A stretch of DNA of 64,000 bases from an uncultured Rhodopirellula sp. (GTDB lineage Bacteria > Planctomycetota > Planctomycetia > Pirellulales > Pirellulaceae). The position numbers and the translations under genes were made by a program. Where the stretch lies: positions 1 through 64,000 of the forward strand of contig CAXGAI010000001.1 in assembly GCA_964007735.1 (NCBI GenBank). The letters run 5' to 3'. The notes beneath the pieces were generated by a model. It was given only the letters and a program-made list of their open reading frames with translations, searched no databases and had not been told where the DNA came from. Positions 19,599 through 30,302 of the stretch are shown here, piece by piece. Numbering within the stretch: the stretch's first letter is position 1; the number at the start of each line of letters is the position of its first letter.

Positions 19599-20885
19599 AT
19601 GAGTCAAAAGTACTGTGATGGAGTGAGTCGCCGTAACTTTCTTGAGGTCGGCGCGTTGTCCGGTCTTGGGCTCGCACTACCGCAGTTTCTTCAAGCAAAT
19701 GCTGCACAAAAGACTCCAAATAACTGTATTCTGATTTGGACTCGGGGTGGGACAAGCCATCATGATACGTTGGACCCAAAGCCCGATGCACCAACAAGTG
19801 TTCGAGGTGAATTTGGTGTTATCGATACTGCCCTGCCAGGCGTGAAGTTTACCGAGGTTTGCCCTAATCTGGCAAAACACGCAGATAAGTTTTCTGTATT
19901 ACGTGGTTGGAATCCTAAAAATGGCAGCCACGGGCATGCGGATCAGTATGTGATGAGTGGTCGCAAGTTTAATCAGGCTATCGGTTATCCCACTTATGGT
20001 AGTGTCGTTAGCCAGTTTCATGGCTTCAAAACGGCGATGCCTCCGTTTATTCAATTGGGTGATCAAATAGACCGTCGGTTTGGTGGTGGCACCTCCGGTA
20101 TTCTGGGTCTTGAATACAACCCTTTTGAAATTTCATCTGATCCATCGGCTGAAAGTTTTGTTGTTCGCGATATTACTCCCCCCCAGGGTGTGACATTCGA
20201 ACGTATCGATCGTCGTAAAAATGCTTTGTCGAAGCTGGATGCTCTTCAGCGTAAGACCGACCTGCAGCAGGAAGCTTTTGCTGCATTAGACGAGCATTAT
20301 GAAGCAGCTTTGAACATGATCACAGCGCCGGAAACCAAGAAGGCTTTTGCGATTGATTCTGAAGAAGACGCACTACGGGAAGCTTATGGTAAAAATCGAC
20401 TTGGTCAAAGTTGTTTGATGGCACGCCGCTTAATCGAATCCGGAGTTCGATTTGTAACGGTGACTGATGGGGGTTGGGACACCCACCAAAACAACTTCAA
20501 AGGCCTTAAAGGCCGGATGCCTCCTGTTGATCAGGCGATTCCTCAATTGATTATTGATCTTGAGCAACGAGGGCTTTTAGAGACAACACTTGTCTGCTGG
20601 TTCACCGACTTCGGTCGTACTCCAAAGATCAACTCAGCCAGCGGTCGAGACCACTGGGCGAGTACAGGGTTTGCTTTAATGGCTGGAGCTGGAGTACCTG
20701 CAGGAACGATCTTAGGGGCCACGGATAATGAAGGCGGCTATGTTTCCAAGGATGAATATTTTACGGAAGATATCGCCGCAACCGTTTACTCGAAGTTGGG
20801 AATGCCAATAGACATGATCGCTCACGCTCCTGACAGTCGACCAATTCGTTTAATTGAAGGCCGTCCAATCAGGGAATGGATGTAA
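19599..20885 (+). CDS. DUF1501 domain protein, Tat-exported (type B)
   Basis: YCDGVSRRNFL; GGTSHHDTLDPKP; WDTH; DFGRTPKIN; GRDHW. Confidence 0.9.
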   Translation: MSQKYCDGVSRRNFLEVGALSGLGLALPQFLQANAAQKTPNNCILIWTRGGTSHHDTLDPKPDAPTSVRGEFGVIDTALPGVKFTEVCPNLAKHADKFSVLRGWNPKNGSHGHADQYVMSGRKFNQAIGYPTYGSVVSQFHGFKTAMPPFIQLGDQIDRRFGGGTSGILGLEYNPFEISSDPSAESFVVRDITPPQGVTFERIDRRKNALSKLDALQRKTDLQQEAFAALDEHYEAALNMITAPETKKAFAIDSEEDALREAYGKNRLGQSCLMARRLIESGVRFVTVTDGGWDTHQNNFKGLKGRMPPVDQAIPQLIIDLEQRGLLETTLVCWFTDFGRTPKINSASGRDHWASTGFALMAGAGVPAGTILGATDNEGGYVSKDEYFTEDIAATVYSKLGMPIDMIAHAPDSRPIRLIEGRPIREWM

Positions 20886-20897
20886 GGGATAAACAAC

Positions 20898-22307
20898 GTG
20901 TTTAAGTTTACAGGCAAAACAGTCAGACATTGTGATGGTGTTTCCCGTCGCGACTTTTTGACCGCAGGTGCAGCTGGTATGGTTGGCCTGACGCTTGCAG
21001 ATTTATTGCGTCTCGAAGCGCAGGCCGGTATTGGGTCATCCAATAAAGCGATCGTCAATATCCACCTCGATGGCGGTCCGCCACAGATGGATACGATCGA
21101 TATGAAGCCAGAGGCTCCTGCCGAAACTCGTGGTATTTTCCAGCCGATTTCGACTAACTTGCCAGGTTTCCAGATCTGTGAATTAATGCCTCAGATGGCT
21201 CAACATGCGGATCAGTTTGCGTTTGTTCGCAGTATGGTTGGTGCGGAAGGGCGTCACGACGCATTCCAGTGTATGTCCGGTTTTTCGACCAAGGATATGG
21301 AAGGCTTTGGTGGTCGCCCGGCCATGGGTTGTGTTTTAACCAAGTTGCTTGGGAAAGTCACGGATCCAGCGCCAACTTATGTCGACCTGATGCAGGGTCG
21401 GCCTTTGGTTCGGAACAGCGGTCGACCAGGGTTTTTGGGGCCATCTTATAAACCGTTTCGCCCCGACCTTTCAGATATTTTCAGTCGCCCACTGGAAACC
21501 GGGATGCAGGGCGAATTGTCTCGATTAGGTTCAAATCATACGACCAGCCTTTCGCTGAATGCAGAGTTGAATGCGGATCGTCTTGCTAACCGTAATACAC
21601 TTTTAGCGGGACTGGATAAAATTAGGCGCGAAGTTGACGCCAGCGGCATGATGGACGCAATGGATCGATTCTCGCAGCAAGCGACCGGCATTCTGTTGTC
21701 AGGACAGTTCGCTAATGCTCTGGATCTGTCGAAAGAAGATCCTAAAGTGGTGGAGCAGTACAAGCCCAAGTGGTCGGTTAGCAGTCAGCGATTTAGCACC
21801 GCGGATGAACCGAAAGCTGCTTTGAAGTTGCTAATGACCCGCCGACTACTGGAAGCCGGCGTTCGATGTATCAGTGTCACGTTTAGCGATTTTGATACCC
21901 ACTCGGACAACTTCAATCGGATGAAATATACATTGCCAATTGTTGACCATGCGATTGTTACGTTTATGAAAGATCTGCAGTCACGAGGGATGCTCGATGA
22001 TGTTTCGATTGTTCTCTGGGGTGAATTTGGGCGTACGCCAAAGATCAATGCCAAAGCAGGCCGTGACCATTGGCCTCGTGTAGCCCCGGCAATCTTCGCT
22101 GGAGGCAAGATGAAAGTTGGTCAGGTAATCGGCTCGACCGACAAGCTTGCCGGTGAAGCAACCAGTCGCCCAATACATTATCAAGATGCCCTGTACACGC
22201 TCTATCATAATCTTGGCATTCTGGCTGATCGTACGACAATTGATGACCCTACCGGCCGGCCGCAATATTTGCTGGATCAGGGAAAGATGATTCCTGAGCT
22301 GGTTTAG
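20898..22307 (+). CDS. DUF1501 domain protein, Tat-exported (type B)
   Basis: GTG start; HCDGVSRRDFL; GGPPQMDTIDMKP; FDTH; GEFGRTPKIN; GRDHW. Confidence 0.9.
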   Translation: MFKFTGKTVRHCDGVSRRDFLTAGAAGMVGLTLADLLRLEAQAGIGSSNKAIVNIHLDGGPPQMDTIDMKPEAPAETRGIFQPISTNLPGFQICELMPQMAQHADQFAFVRSMVGAEGRHDAFQCMSGFSTKDMEGFGGRPAMGCVLTKLLGKVTDPAPTYVDLMQGRPLVRNSGRPGFLGPSYKPFRPDLSDIFSRPLETGMQGELSRLGSNHTTSLSLNAELNADRLANRNTLLAGLDKIRREVDASGMMDAMDRFSQQATGILLSGQFANALDLSKEDPKVVEQYKPKWSVSSQRFSTADEPKAALKLLMTRRLLEAGVRCISVTFSDFDTHSDNFNRMKYTLPIVDHAIVTFMKDLQSRGMLDDVSIVLWGEFGRTPKINAKAGRDHWPRVAPAIFAGGKMKVGQVIGSTDKLAGEATSRPIHYQDALYTLYHNLGILADRTTIDDPTGRPQYLLDQGKMIPELV

Positions 22308-22515
22308 TTTGAGTCAATCCAGATTGGTTCGAGCTATATCTATTCTTAAGATCAGACATGAAGCCGTCTGCCAGCATTTTTGTTTCTTGTGGCAGATATA
22401 ATACAGACCCATATATAATGTGGACCATTTAACACTGGCCCGGGTAATGACTAATCATTGATCATAGATGATTAGTGCAACTTCCATTCTAGCGTCCTCG
22501 CCCGGAGTCAAATTC

Positions 22516-23907
22516 ATGCGTTATTTATTGACAAGCCTTGTTTTATTAACGTTACTTGTTCTATCTCCCGCCTCGGAAGGGCAGGAAAAGCCCAAGCTTC
22601 AGAAGTTAGTATCACCATTGGTGGGTACGTGGGTTTCAAAATCTGATGCGGGATCGACGATGGTTCGGTACCGGAAGGATGGTTGGTTTATTTCGGCGCA
22701 TTACTTCTCAGCATCATTTTCTTTGTCCGAGTCGGTTTGGGCTGTGGGTCACTGGGCCTTAGCTGATGACTCGCTAATTCTTCACCGACTTGCCGGTAGC
22801 GATGGATTGCAACTAGTTCCCGAAAAACGTCAATTGGTGTTAAAAGAATTAACGCCGGATAAATTACGGCTAGCAAATGTTCCTTTAGGGGGCCAGACAT
22901 TCGAAAAAATGGAGGACATCCCTGCCCCAATCGAATCTCACTTGTCAGGCGCTACGTTGAAAAAACAGGTCTATGAACAAAAGGGATTAATTTTGCCGGA
23001 AGACGCGAAAAAAGATGTTGAGTCTTATGTAAGTATCCTCATCAATCAAGGAAGAACAATGCAATATTACCTTTCACCCGGCGGAGAGTTTTTGGGGTCA
23101 ATTGGAGAGGAGAATGATGACCTGATTGGGAAATGGGAAAAGTCGGGCGATTTCTTGATAGTCTCAGGAATAACCGAAAAACGAAAAGTGGCAATTCTGA
23201 TGGAATTAAAAAAGATCGATGGACGGTACAAAATATTTAATATGGAAGCCAATGGCATGGCGGCGCCAGACACCTTCAAGCCTACACCCTTCCAAAAAAT
23301 TACACCAGTCAAGTTGTCCGCAGACGGGGCCACGCAATATCTGAATGTTGAAACTTTCAACGACTGGTATGCAAAACTTAATTCCATGACGGAGGTAACC
23401 GGAGTACGCAAGCAGGTAACAGCGGAGGGGAAGATTGAGGAAACGCCAACATCCAGTAAGTCGATTTTCAAAGCGGATTCTAAGACTGGCGCCGTAAAAG
23501 GGATGAGCAAGATGTTTGAGGAGGATGGATACTACATGGTCGAGGTTGATGGTCAGTATGATGCGTTTTTAGGAGTGTCTTTCAGTAAGTCTCGATCTAC
23601 AAAATTACCAGATAGTTATCGGTATCGAATCGGTGTGATTTCCAAGTTGGAGCCTCGTACGCTTCGCTGGTTTTTCACTTCGGGCGTGATACCTAAAACG
23701 GATGAGTATTTCAGTGAACAAGTCATGAATTCAACAGGTGGAACGAGTAAGACAACCGTGAAGCGTGACGGAGAATTCTTTTTGGAATTTAATAGCGTCG
23801 GAAAACGAACGGCTGATTTTGATGAAGAGGTCTGGGCTCAATTTAACGTGGCAGCAAAAGCGCTTATAGAAAAGACAAAAGACGAGTCGCCGGCCCAACA
23901 GGAGTAA
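22516..23907 (+). CDS. Hypothetical secreted protein, beta-rich (possible lipocalin-like repeats)
   Basis: Long ORF; signal peptide from ATG 22516; GxW motifs (LVGTW, VGHW, IGKW); no family recognised. Confidence 0.6.
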   Translation: MRYLLTSLVLLTLLVLSPASEGQEKPKLQKLVSPLVGTWVSKSDAGSTMVRYRKDGWFISAHYFSASFSLSESVWAVGHWALADDSLILHRLAGSDGLQLVPEKRQLVLKELTPDKLRLANVPLGGQTFEKMEDIPAPIESHLSGATLKKQVYEQKGLILPEDAKKDVESYVSILINQGRTMQYYLSPGGEFLGSIGEENDDLIGKWEKSGDFLIVSGITEKRKVAILMELKKIDGRYKIFNMEANGMAAPDTFKPTPFQKITPVKLSADGATQYLNVETFNDWYAKLNSMTEVTGVRKQVTAEGKIEETPTSSKSIFKADSKTGAVKGMSKMFEEDGYYMVEVDGQYDAFLGVSFSKSRSTKLPDSYRYRIGVISKLEPRTLRWFFTSGVIPKTDEYFSEQVMNSTGGTSKTTVKRDGEFFLEFNSVGKRTADFDEEVWAQFNVAAKALIEKTKDESPAQQE

Positions 23908-24018
23908 GAATTCTTGTTATTAGCCGGGCGTGTTTTCAATGAAAGTCCACTTCGACGTATGGTATAAACGGAAGAGTAAAAACTTCGTTTCAACTCCAGC
24001 ACAGATTGATTTCATACT

Positions 24019-25602
24019 ATGCGACTGAAGACATTGTTCGCCGCTTTCTTATTATTCTCAACGTCTTTTATAATGGCTGCTGACAAAGGCAGTTTTGATA
24101 TTACAAAACGTTCCCTGATGCCGACATCGGAAGAGAATGTGCGATTTCAGCCAGTTTATCAAAAGGAGGCCTGGAACGCTTCTGAAACGGCTGTCATCGT
24201 TTGCGATATGTGGGATTTGCACCATTGCTTGAATGCGACCCGCAGAGGAGCTGAAGTGGCACCTCGAATGAACCAGTTTTTGAAAACGGCGCGGAAAAAT
24301 GGTTCGTTGATCATTCATGCTCCCAGTAGCTGCATGAAACCTTACGAGAATCATCCCGGTCGTAAACGGGCGCAGGGTGCCCCAATGGCTCCCAACTTAC
24401 CAAAGCAGATTGCTGAATGGTGCTACAGTATTCCTGAAGAAGAGCAAGGCGCTTATCCTATCGATCAGACAGACGGGGGAGAGGATGATGATCCTGCCGA
24501 ACATGAAGCGTGGGCAAAAGAACTTGCAGCGAAGGGGCTGAACCCCAGAGCCCCCTGGACAAGACAGACGGACCTGCTCGATATTCACAAGAACGACGTC
24601 ATCAGTGATAGTGGCGTTGAGATTTGGAATGTCATGGAAGCAGAGGGTATTAAGAATGTTATTCTTGTAGGTGTTCACACTAATATGTGTGTTCTCGGAC
24701 GCCCTTTTGGTCTCCGGCGTTTGGCTTCCAACGGGAAAAATGTTGTTTTGTGTCGTGATCTGACTGATACGATGTACAATCCCAAGATGAAGCCCTATGT
24801 CAGCCATTTTACCGGAACCGATTTGATTATTGAGCACATTGAAAAATGGGTCTGCCCGACGATGACAAGTAATCAATTGCTTGGAGACGAGCCTTTCCAA
24901 TTCAAGAACGATACTCGTCCTCATGTTGTGATGCTGGTAGCGGAACGAGAATATGTGACTAATGAAACATTGCCGAAATTCGCTTTAGAACATCTAGGCA
25001 AAGAGTATAAAGTAACGATTTTGCATTGTGATGAAGAAGGCCAAGGTAAGCGTGATGATATTCCTGGTACCGCTCAGGCTTTGAAAGATGCTGATGTCTT
25101 ATTGGTTAGCGTTCGCCGACGGGCTCTTCAGGCAAAAGACTTTAAAGCCGTTGAAGAACATATCAAAGCTGGTAAACCGGTCGTTGGTATTCGCACAGCC
25201 AATCATGCATTTTCATTACGTGGTGTCGAGGCGCCAGAGGGCCATATGGTATGGGAAGGATTTGATGCCGAAGTCTGGGGCGGAAGTTATACTGGTCATC
25301 ATGGAGCAGGGAAAGCGGTCACGATAAAGAAATTGGCTGATCATCCTATCCTGGAAGGTGTAGATATTGATACCTTTGACGGCACCGGTTCGCTCTATAT
25401 CGTGAATCCAATTGCCGATAGTACACACGCAATTCTCACCGGTACGATCGATGGTGAGCCAACGGAGCCCATTGCGTGGACCAATAAAACCAAATTTGGC
25501 GGTAAGGCATTCTATACGTCACTAGGACATGTTGGTGAGTTTGAACAGACGCAGATGAACATTCTGCTGAAGAATGCCATCGATTGGGCGGTGTCAGAAT
25601 AA
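24019..25602 (+). CDS. Isochorismatase/cysteine hydrolase-like domain fused to a ThuA-like domain, secreted
   Basis: TAVIVCDMWD; GVHTNMCV (catalytic Asp and Cys positions); C-terminal GIRTANHAF, PIAWT, FYTSLGH ThuA-like motifs. Confidence 0.8.
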   Translation: MRLKTLFAAFLLFSTSFIMAADKGSFDITKRSLMPTSEENVRFQPVYQKEAWNASETAVIVCDMWDLHHCLNATRRGAEVAPRMNQFLKTARKNGSLIIHAPSSCMKPYENHPGRKRAQGAPMAPNLPKQIAEWCYSIPEEEQGAYPIDQTDGGEDDDPAEHEAWAKELAAKGLNPRAPWTRQTDLLDIHKNDVISDSGVEIWNVMEAEGIKNVILVGVHTNMCVLGRPFGLRRLASNGKNVVLCRDLTDTMYNPKMKPYVSHFTGTDLIIEHIEKWVCPTMTSNQLLGDEPFQFKNDTRPHVVMLVAEREYVTNETLPKFALEHLGKEYKVTILHCDEEGQGKRDDIPGTAQALKDADVLLVSVRRRALQAKDFKAVEEHIKAGKPVVGIRTANHAFSLRGVEAPEGHMVWEGFDAEVWGGSYTGHHGAGKAVTIKKLADHPILEGVDIDTFDGTGSLYIVNPIADSTHAILTGTIDGEPTEPIAWTNKTKFGGKAFYTSLGHVGEFEQTQMNILLKNAIDWAVSE

Positions 25603-25703
25603 AAATATTCGTCAGTTGACCCCCAATAACTAGACCGATATTTGTGCTTTTTCAATTAGAATATAGGTATCTTAATCCCGCCTATATTTCCCACCTGAAA
25701 ACC

Positions 25704-28157
25704 ATGCGACTCCATCAATTCATTGGCTCGACATTTTGTCTTGTGTGTTTCCCTCTGGCAGCAGCCGAGTATGCTGTCGAGCCAAGTGTAGTTGAGCTGC
25801 GGGATAAATATGCTCAAACACAGCTGGTTATCACTCAGCTCATAGAAGGCCAAATAGATCCGGCCAGTGACGATGTCACAGCAACGGCCGTTTATAAGTC
25901 ATCAGACAATGCGGTGGCTTCAGTCGATTCGACCGGATTGGTTCAGGCCCATGCTAATGGCGCTGCAGAAATCCAGATTGCTGTAGGTGATTGGACTGCA
26001 AAGGTTCCCCTGACGGTTGCTAACGTGGAAGAAAGCCCAAAAGTTGATTTTGATTATTCAGTTGGCCCTATTCTGTCCAAGGCCGGATGTAATATGGGTG
26101 CTTGTCATGCGAGCCAGCATGGCAAAGGCGGTTTTATCTTGTCCGTCTTTGGTTTCGATTCAAAAATTGACTATGACGGAATTGTCAAAAATGAGTTGGA
26201 GCGGCGAGTTGATTTCATTGATCCCGCTAATAGCCTGTTCTTACTAAAACCGACCATGAAAGCTCCTCATGGAGGAGGTCGTCGTCTTAAAGAAGGGACG
26301 GTGATGTATAACACTTTGGTCGATTGGCTGAAGGCTGGGGCGCCGGCTCCGGTAAACGAGCCAAACGAAGTGGTATCCATCGAAGTATATCCGAAGCGAC
26401 GAATAGCTACCGTTGGCTCGAAGCAGCAGTTACGAGTAGTAGCTAAGTATTCGGACGAGTCTCTTCGTGATGTGACTCAGCTTGCCCGGTATGATTCACT
26501 GGATGAAGGCATGCTGGCTGTTAATGGTACCGGCCAAATTATGACGAACGGCCAGGGGCAGGCCGGTGTGATGGTGCGTTTTCAAGGCGAAGCAGAAATC
26601 TGTATGGTAACAACGCCCTACAGTGAGTTGCCTGATCTGGCCGACTGGAAGAATAACAATTTCATGGACGAGTACGCGATTGCCAAATTCAAAGAGTTGG
26701 GGCTCGCACCATCTGCCATTTGTGATGACGCTACTTTTGTTCGTCGCGCGTATTTTGATGCGGTCGGCAGTTTACCGACGCCAGAAGAGGTTACGGCATT
26801 TGTATCGAAAGAAGACACTGCCAAACGGGAAAAGCTGATCGATCAGTTACTGGGTCTGACCGGCGACCCTGCCCTTGATATCTATAATGACCGGTATGCG
26901 GCTTACTGGACATTGAAGTGGTCTGATCTGATTCGTAACAGCACAGACAATCTGGGTGAACAGGGAATGTGGGCACTACATAACTGGATTCGCGAGTCGT
27001 TTCGTGTGAATAAAGGGATGGATACGTTTGTTAAAGAGATTATTACGGCCAAAGGGTCGTTGTATATGAACGGGCCAGCCAATTATTATCAAATCAACAG
27101 CAACCCAACGGCATTAACCGAAGCGACCAGTCAGTTATTTATGGGGATTCGTCTGGAATGTGCAAAATGCCATCATCACCCGTTTGAAAGTTTTAGTCAG
27201 GCAGATTATTACGGAATGGCAGCCTTCTTTTCTCGAGTAGGTACGAAGAACAGCGAAGAGTTTGGCTTGTTCGGTCGGGAACGGGTGGTGATAGTTCAGC
27301 CAAGTGGAGAGTCTCGACATCCCCGCACTGGCAAAAATATGGTGCCGACCGTTCTGCATGGCGAAGAAATGGAACATCCGCTTGATCGTCGCATCCCGTT
27401 GGCAAAATGGCTGGCGTCGCCAGACAATCCGTGGTTTGCAAAGAGTATCGTCAATCGTTACGTCAGTTATTTGCTAGGCCGCGGCTTAGTGGAGCCGGTA
27501 GATGATCTTAGGTCAACGAATCCTGCCACGAATGAAGAAATGTTTGAAGCCTTGGCAAACTATTTGGAAGAACACCAATATGACGTGAAGCAATTGGTAA
27601 AAGTCATCATGAATTCACGACTCTATCAACTTTCATCACAACCAACCGAGCTTAACAAATCCGCCGGCAAGTTTTATGCTTTTTATAAAGTGAAGCGTAT
27701 CGCGGCAGAGCCCCTTCTCGATGCAATCAATACCGCGACTGACACCACCACCAAGTTTACAAACCTTCCTCTAGGCACTCTTGCAATCGAATTGCCGGAT
27801 ACCAACTACAACAACTACTTTCTTAAGACCTTTGGAAAACCGCGAAGGGTGAGTGTATGTGAATGCGAGCGTGCTCCGGATGAGAATCTGGCACAGGCTT
27901 TGCACACACTCAATGGCGACACAATCAATGCCAAAATTGATGATAAAAATGGGCGTCTTAGCAAGTTGATTGCGGACGAAAAGACGGACGATGAAATCAT
28001 TACGGCGTTATTTATGGCTACCTGGTCCCGGACACCAACGGACGAGGAGCTCACCGTTTGTAAGGGGATTATTTCTGAAGCAGCGGAGCGTAAAGAAGGG
28101 CTCGGTGATGTCCTGTGGGCATTAATTAATGCCAAAGAATTCATTTACGTGCGGTAA
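25704..28157 (+). CDS. Ig-like (Big_2) + DUF1549 + DUF1553 protein
   Basis: Ig repeats (VEPS...YKSSDNAVASVD; VYPK...QQLRVVA); GCNMGACH; FVRRAYFD; CAKCHHHP; GRGLVEPVDD; CECER. Start taken at ATG 25704. Confidence 0.88.
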   Translation: MRLHQFIGSTFCLVCFPLAAAEYAVEPSVVELRDKYAQTQLVITQLIEGQIDPASDDVTATAVYKSSDNAVASVDSTGLVQAHANGAAEIQIAVGDWTAKVPLTVANVEESPKVDFDYSVGPILSKAGCNMGACHASQHGKGGFILSVFGFDSKIDYDGIVKNELERRVDFIDPANSLFLLKPTMKAPHGGGRRLKEGTVMYNTLVDWLKAGAPAPVNEPNEVVSIEVYPKRRIATVGSKQQLRVVAKYSDESLRDVTQLARYDSLDEGMLAVNGTGQIMTNGQGQAGVMVRFQGEAEICMVTTPYSELPDLADWKNNNFMDEYAIAKFKELGLAPSAICDDATFVRRAYFDAVGSLPTPEEVTAFVSKEDTAKREKLIDQLLGLTGDPALDIYNDRYAAYWTLKWSDLIRNSTDNLGEQGMWALHNWIRESFRVNKGMDTFVKEIITAKGSLYMNGPANYYQINSNPTALTEATSQLFMGIRLECAKCHHHPFESFSQADYYGMAAFFSRVGTKNSEEFGLFGRERVVIVQPSGESRHPRTGKNMVPTVLHGEEMEHPLDRRIPLAKWLASPDNPWFAKSIVNRYVSYLLGRGLVEPVDDLRSTNPATNEEMFEALANYLEEHQYDVKQLVKVIMNSRLYQLSSQPTELNKSAGKFYAFYKVKRIAAEPLLDAINTATDTTTKFTNLPLGTLAIELPDTNYNNYFLKTFGKPRRVSVCECERAPDENLAQALHTLNGDTINAKIDDKNGRLSKLIADEKTDDEIITALFMATWSRTPTDEELTVCKGIISEAAERKEGLGDVLWALINAKEFIYVR

Positions 28158-28173
28158 AGAGTTTGGAAAATCG

Positions 28174-30294
28174 ATGATGAAATTTGTTAACAGCCTGCTG
28201 ATTTTACTTTTGATGGTGCCGGTGGGCATCGCGCAGACCTCGTACCCGATGTTGATGACGCTTCAGCCAGTCGCCATTCAGGTGGGCACTAGTGCAGACA
28301 TGGTGGTCAAGTCACGCTCCAGTATGTGGGGTGCGAATAAGGTAATGGTTTCCGGGAATGGTGTAACAGGTGAAGTGGTTCATCCGGATCCACCCGAGTC
28401 AAAAGAAGGGGAAGAAACGCCAGAGCCGTCACTCACCAGTCTTACGATTAAATTCACCGCCCGTCCCGATGCTCAGCCTGGCGTTCGCGACTTTAAACTT
28501 TTTACCGATCGGGGAGTTTCAACCGTAGGTCAGATTGTAATTACGCGTGATCTTGTTGTCTGGGATGATGTTAGTACTGACACGATGGATGGAGCGAAAG
28601 AGTTCCAGGTTCCATCCACTTTGACAGGAGTTTTTGAAAAGCCAGAGGATCTAGATTACTTCAAGTTTAAAGGACAAGCTGGTCAGCGATTGGCAATTCA
28701 CTGTCGTTGTATGAGATTGCAGGACCGTATTCATGACCTTCAAACTCATGCTGATCCTATCGTAACCTTGAAAAATCATTTAGGGTCTACGGTCGCTGCT
28801 TGTGATAATTATTTTGCTGCCGACCCATACTTTGTTGTCGAGATACCGCAGACGGGCGAATACTTTTTGGAGGTGCGGGATGTACGTTACAAGTCAAACG
28901 CTTATTGGAATTATGCTATCGAAGTGATCGATCGGCCTTTCCCAACCAATGCATTTCCATTGGCCATTGCGGCTGATCAACCGGTGGCGTTTGACTTAAT
29001 TGGCGCAAGTGTGGAGGAGGGGACTAAAGTGACATTTGATCCATTTCCCCTAACGCTCGAGACGGGACGTCAATGGCTATCACTGAGATCAGATGATGGA
29101 GGACTGTATGACCCAATCCCGATTTACGTTAGTCAGGAAAAAATAATTAACGAAGCGGACGATAATAACGATACGGTTAAAAATGCTCAGCGAATCGAGG
29201 TGCCATCCGTGGTTAATGGCCGTATGGATAAGGAAGCGGATATTGATTATTTCAGTTTTGAAGCGAAGAAAGGCGACACACTTACTTTTGAAGTCATTGC
29301 CCGTCGTAGTCAGTCGTTGCTTGATAGTTTTATCTCGATTGAAAATGCAGAGGGCACACGGTTATATGCTGCCGATGATTATACGTTTGGCCGTCGCTCG
29401 AATTGGGATTCGAAATACGATAATTTTTCAGTGCCGGACGATGGTGTATACCATATTTCAATACACGACCGTCACCTTCGTGGTGGGCCGGAATACGTTT
29501 ATGCGATTGAAATTAGCCGGAGTGCTCCGACATTTGAATTGACCTTAGATACAGACAAGACGCTTACGACTCCAGGCACATCAGGGGTGCTTTTTGTTCG
29601 AGCAAAGCGGTTCAACGGGTTTGCCGGAGAGATTCAACTGCATGCCGAAAACTTACCAGCAGGCGTGCAGGTAGCAGCTGGGAAGATTTTAGCTAGCGGT
29701 CAGGATGGTTGTATTGTCTTCACCGCCAATAAAGATGCACCTTTGGACGCGCAACATGTACGGATTTATGGCAGTGCTGTTTTGGACGGCGACGAAGGCC
29801 AAAACACGAAGCTTTTGATTGACGCAACTCCTTATCAGGAAACCTATATGCCAGGTGGTGGGCGTAGCCACTATCCGGTTGATACTTACACGTTATCAAT
29901 TCAAAAGCCGAGTGATATTCGCAGGATAAAAGTGAGCGCGAATGAAATTAGCCTGAAGCCCGGCGAGGAAGTGAAGATAGATGTTGAACTTGAGCGTGCC
30001 GAAGGATTTGATACGAATGTTTCACTTGATGTGATCTATCAGCATCTGGGGCAGATCTGGGGGAACTCTCTTCCCAAAGGCATAAAAATGGATGGGAACA
30101 AAAGCAAGATTTTGTTGACGTCCGGGGAATTAAAAGGCCACGTCACCCTGGTCGCCGATGATACATTGGAGCAGGCTGCACGTCAGCAATTCTGTATCAT
30201 GGCGAATGTGTCGTTAAACTTTGTCATGAAGGCGACCTACACCAGCGAACCATTGTTCATTACGACTACACCGAAAGAAGAACCTGCTAAGTAG
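28174..30294 (+). CDS. PPC (pre-peptidase C-terminal) repeat protein, no protease domain seen
   Basis: Two DxDYFxF...DP/DS...GxYxxxxxD...Y repeats; signal peptide; C-terminal Ig-like strands. Confidence 0.8.
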   Translation: MMKFVNSLLILLLMVPVGIAQTSYPMLMTLQPVAIQVGTSADMVVKSRSSMWGANKVMVSGNGVTGEVVHPDPPESKEGEETPEPSLTSLTIKFTARPDAQPGVRDFKLFTDRGVSTVGQIVITRDLVVWDDVSTDTMDGAKEFQVPSTLTGVFEKPEDLDYFKFKGQAGQRLAIHCRCMRLQDRIHDLQTHADPIVTLKNHLGSTVAACDNYFAADPYFVVEIPQTGEYFLEVRDVRYKSNAYWNYAIEVIDRPFPTNAFPLAIAADQPVAFDLIGASVEEGTKVTFDPFPLTLETGRQWLSLRSDDGGLYDPIPIYVSQEKIINEADDNNDTVKNAQRIEVPSVVNGRMDKEADIDYFSFEAKKGDTLTFEVIARRSQSLLDSFISIENAEGTRLYAADDYTFGRRSNWDSKYDNFSVPDDGVYHISIHDRHLRGGPEYVYAIEISRSAPTFELTLDTDKTLTTPGTSGVLFVRAKRFNGFAGEIQLHAENLPAGVQVAAGKILASGQDGCIVFTANKDAPLDAQHVRIYGSAVLDGDEGQNTKLLIDATPYQETYMPGGGRSHYPVDTYTLSIQKPSDIRRIKVSANEISLKPGEEVKIDVELERAEGFDTNVSLDVIYQHLGQIWGNSLPKGIKMDGNKSKILLTSGELKGHVTLVADDTLEQAARQQFCIMANVSLNFVMKATYTSEPLFITTTPKEEPAK

Positions 30295-30302
30295 GAACGC
30301 TG

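Noticed and set aside
24397..24924. 175-aa antisense ORF and the many other 60-170 aa ORFs nested in long genes
   Set aside because: Fully overlapped by motif-supported CDSs, with non-protein-like composition
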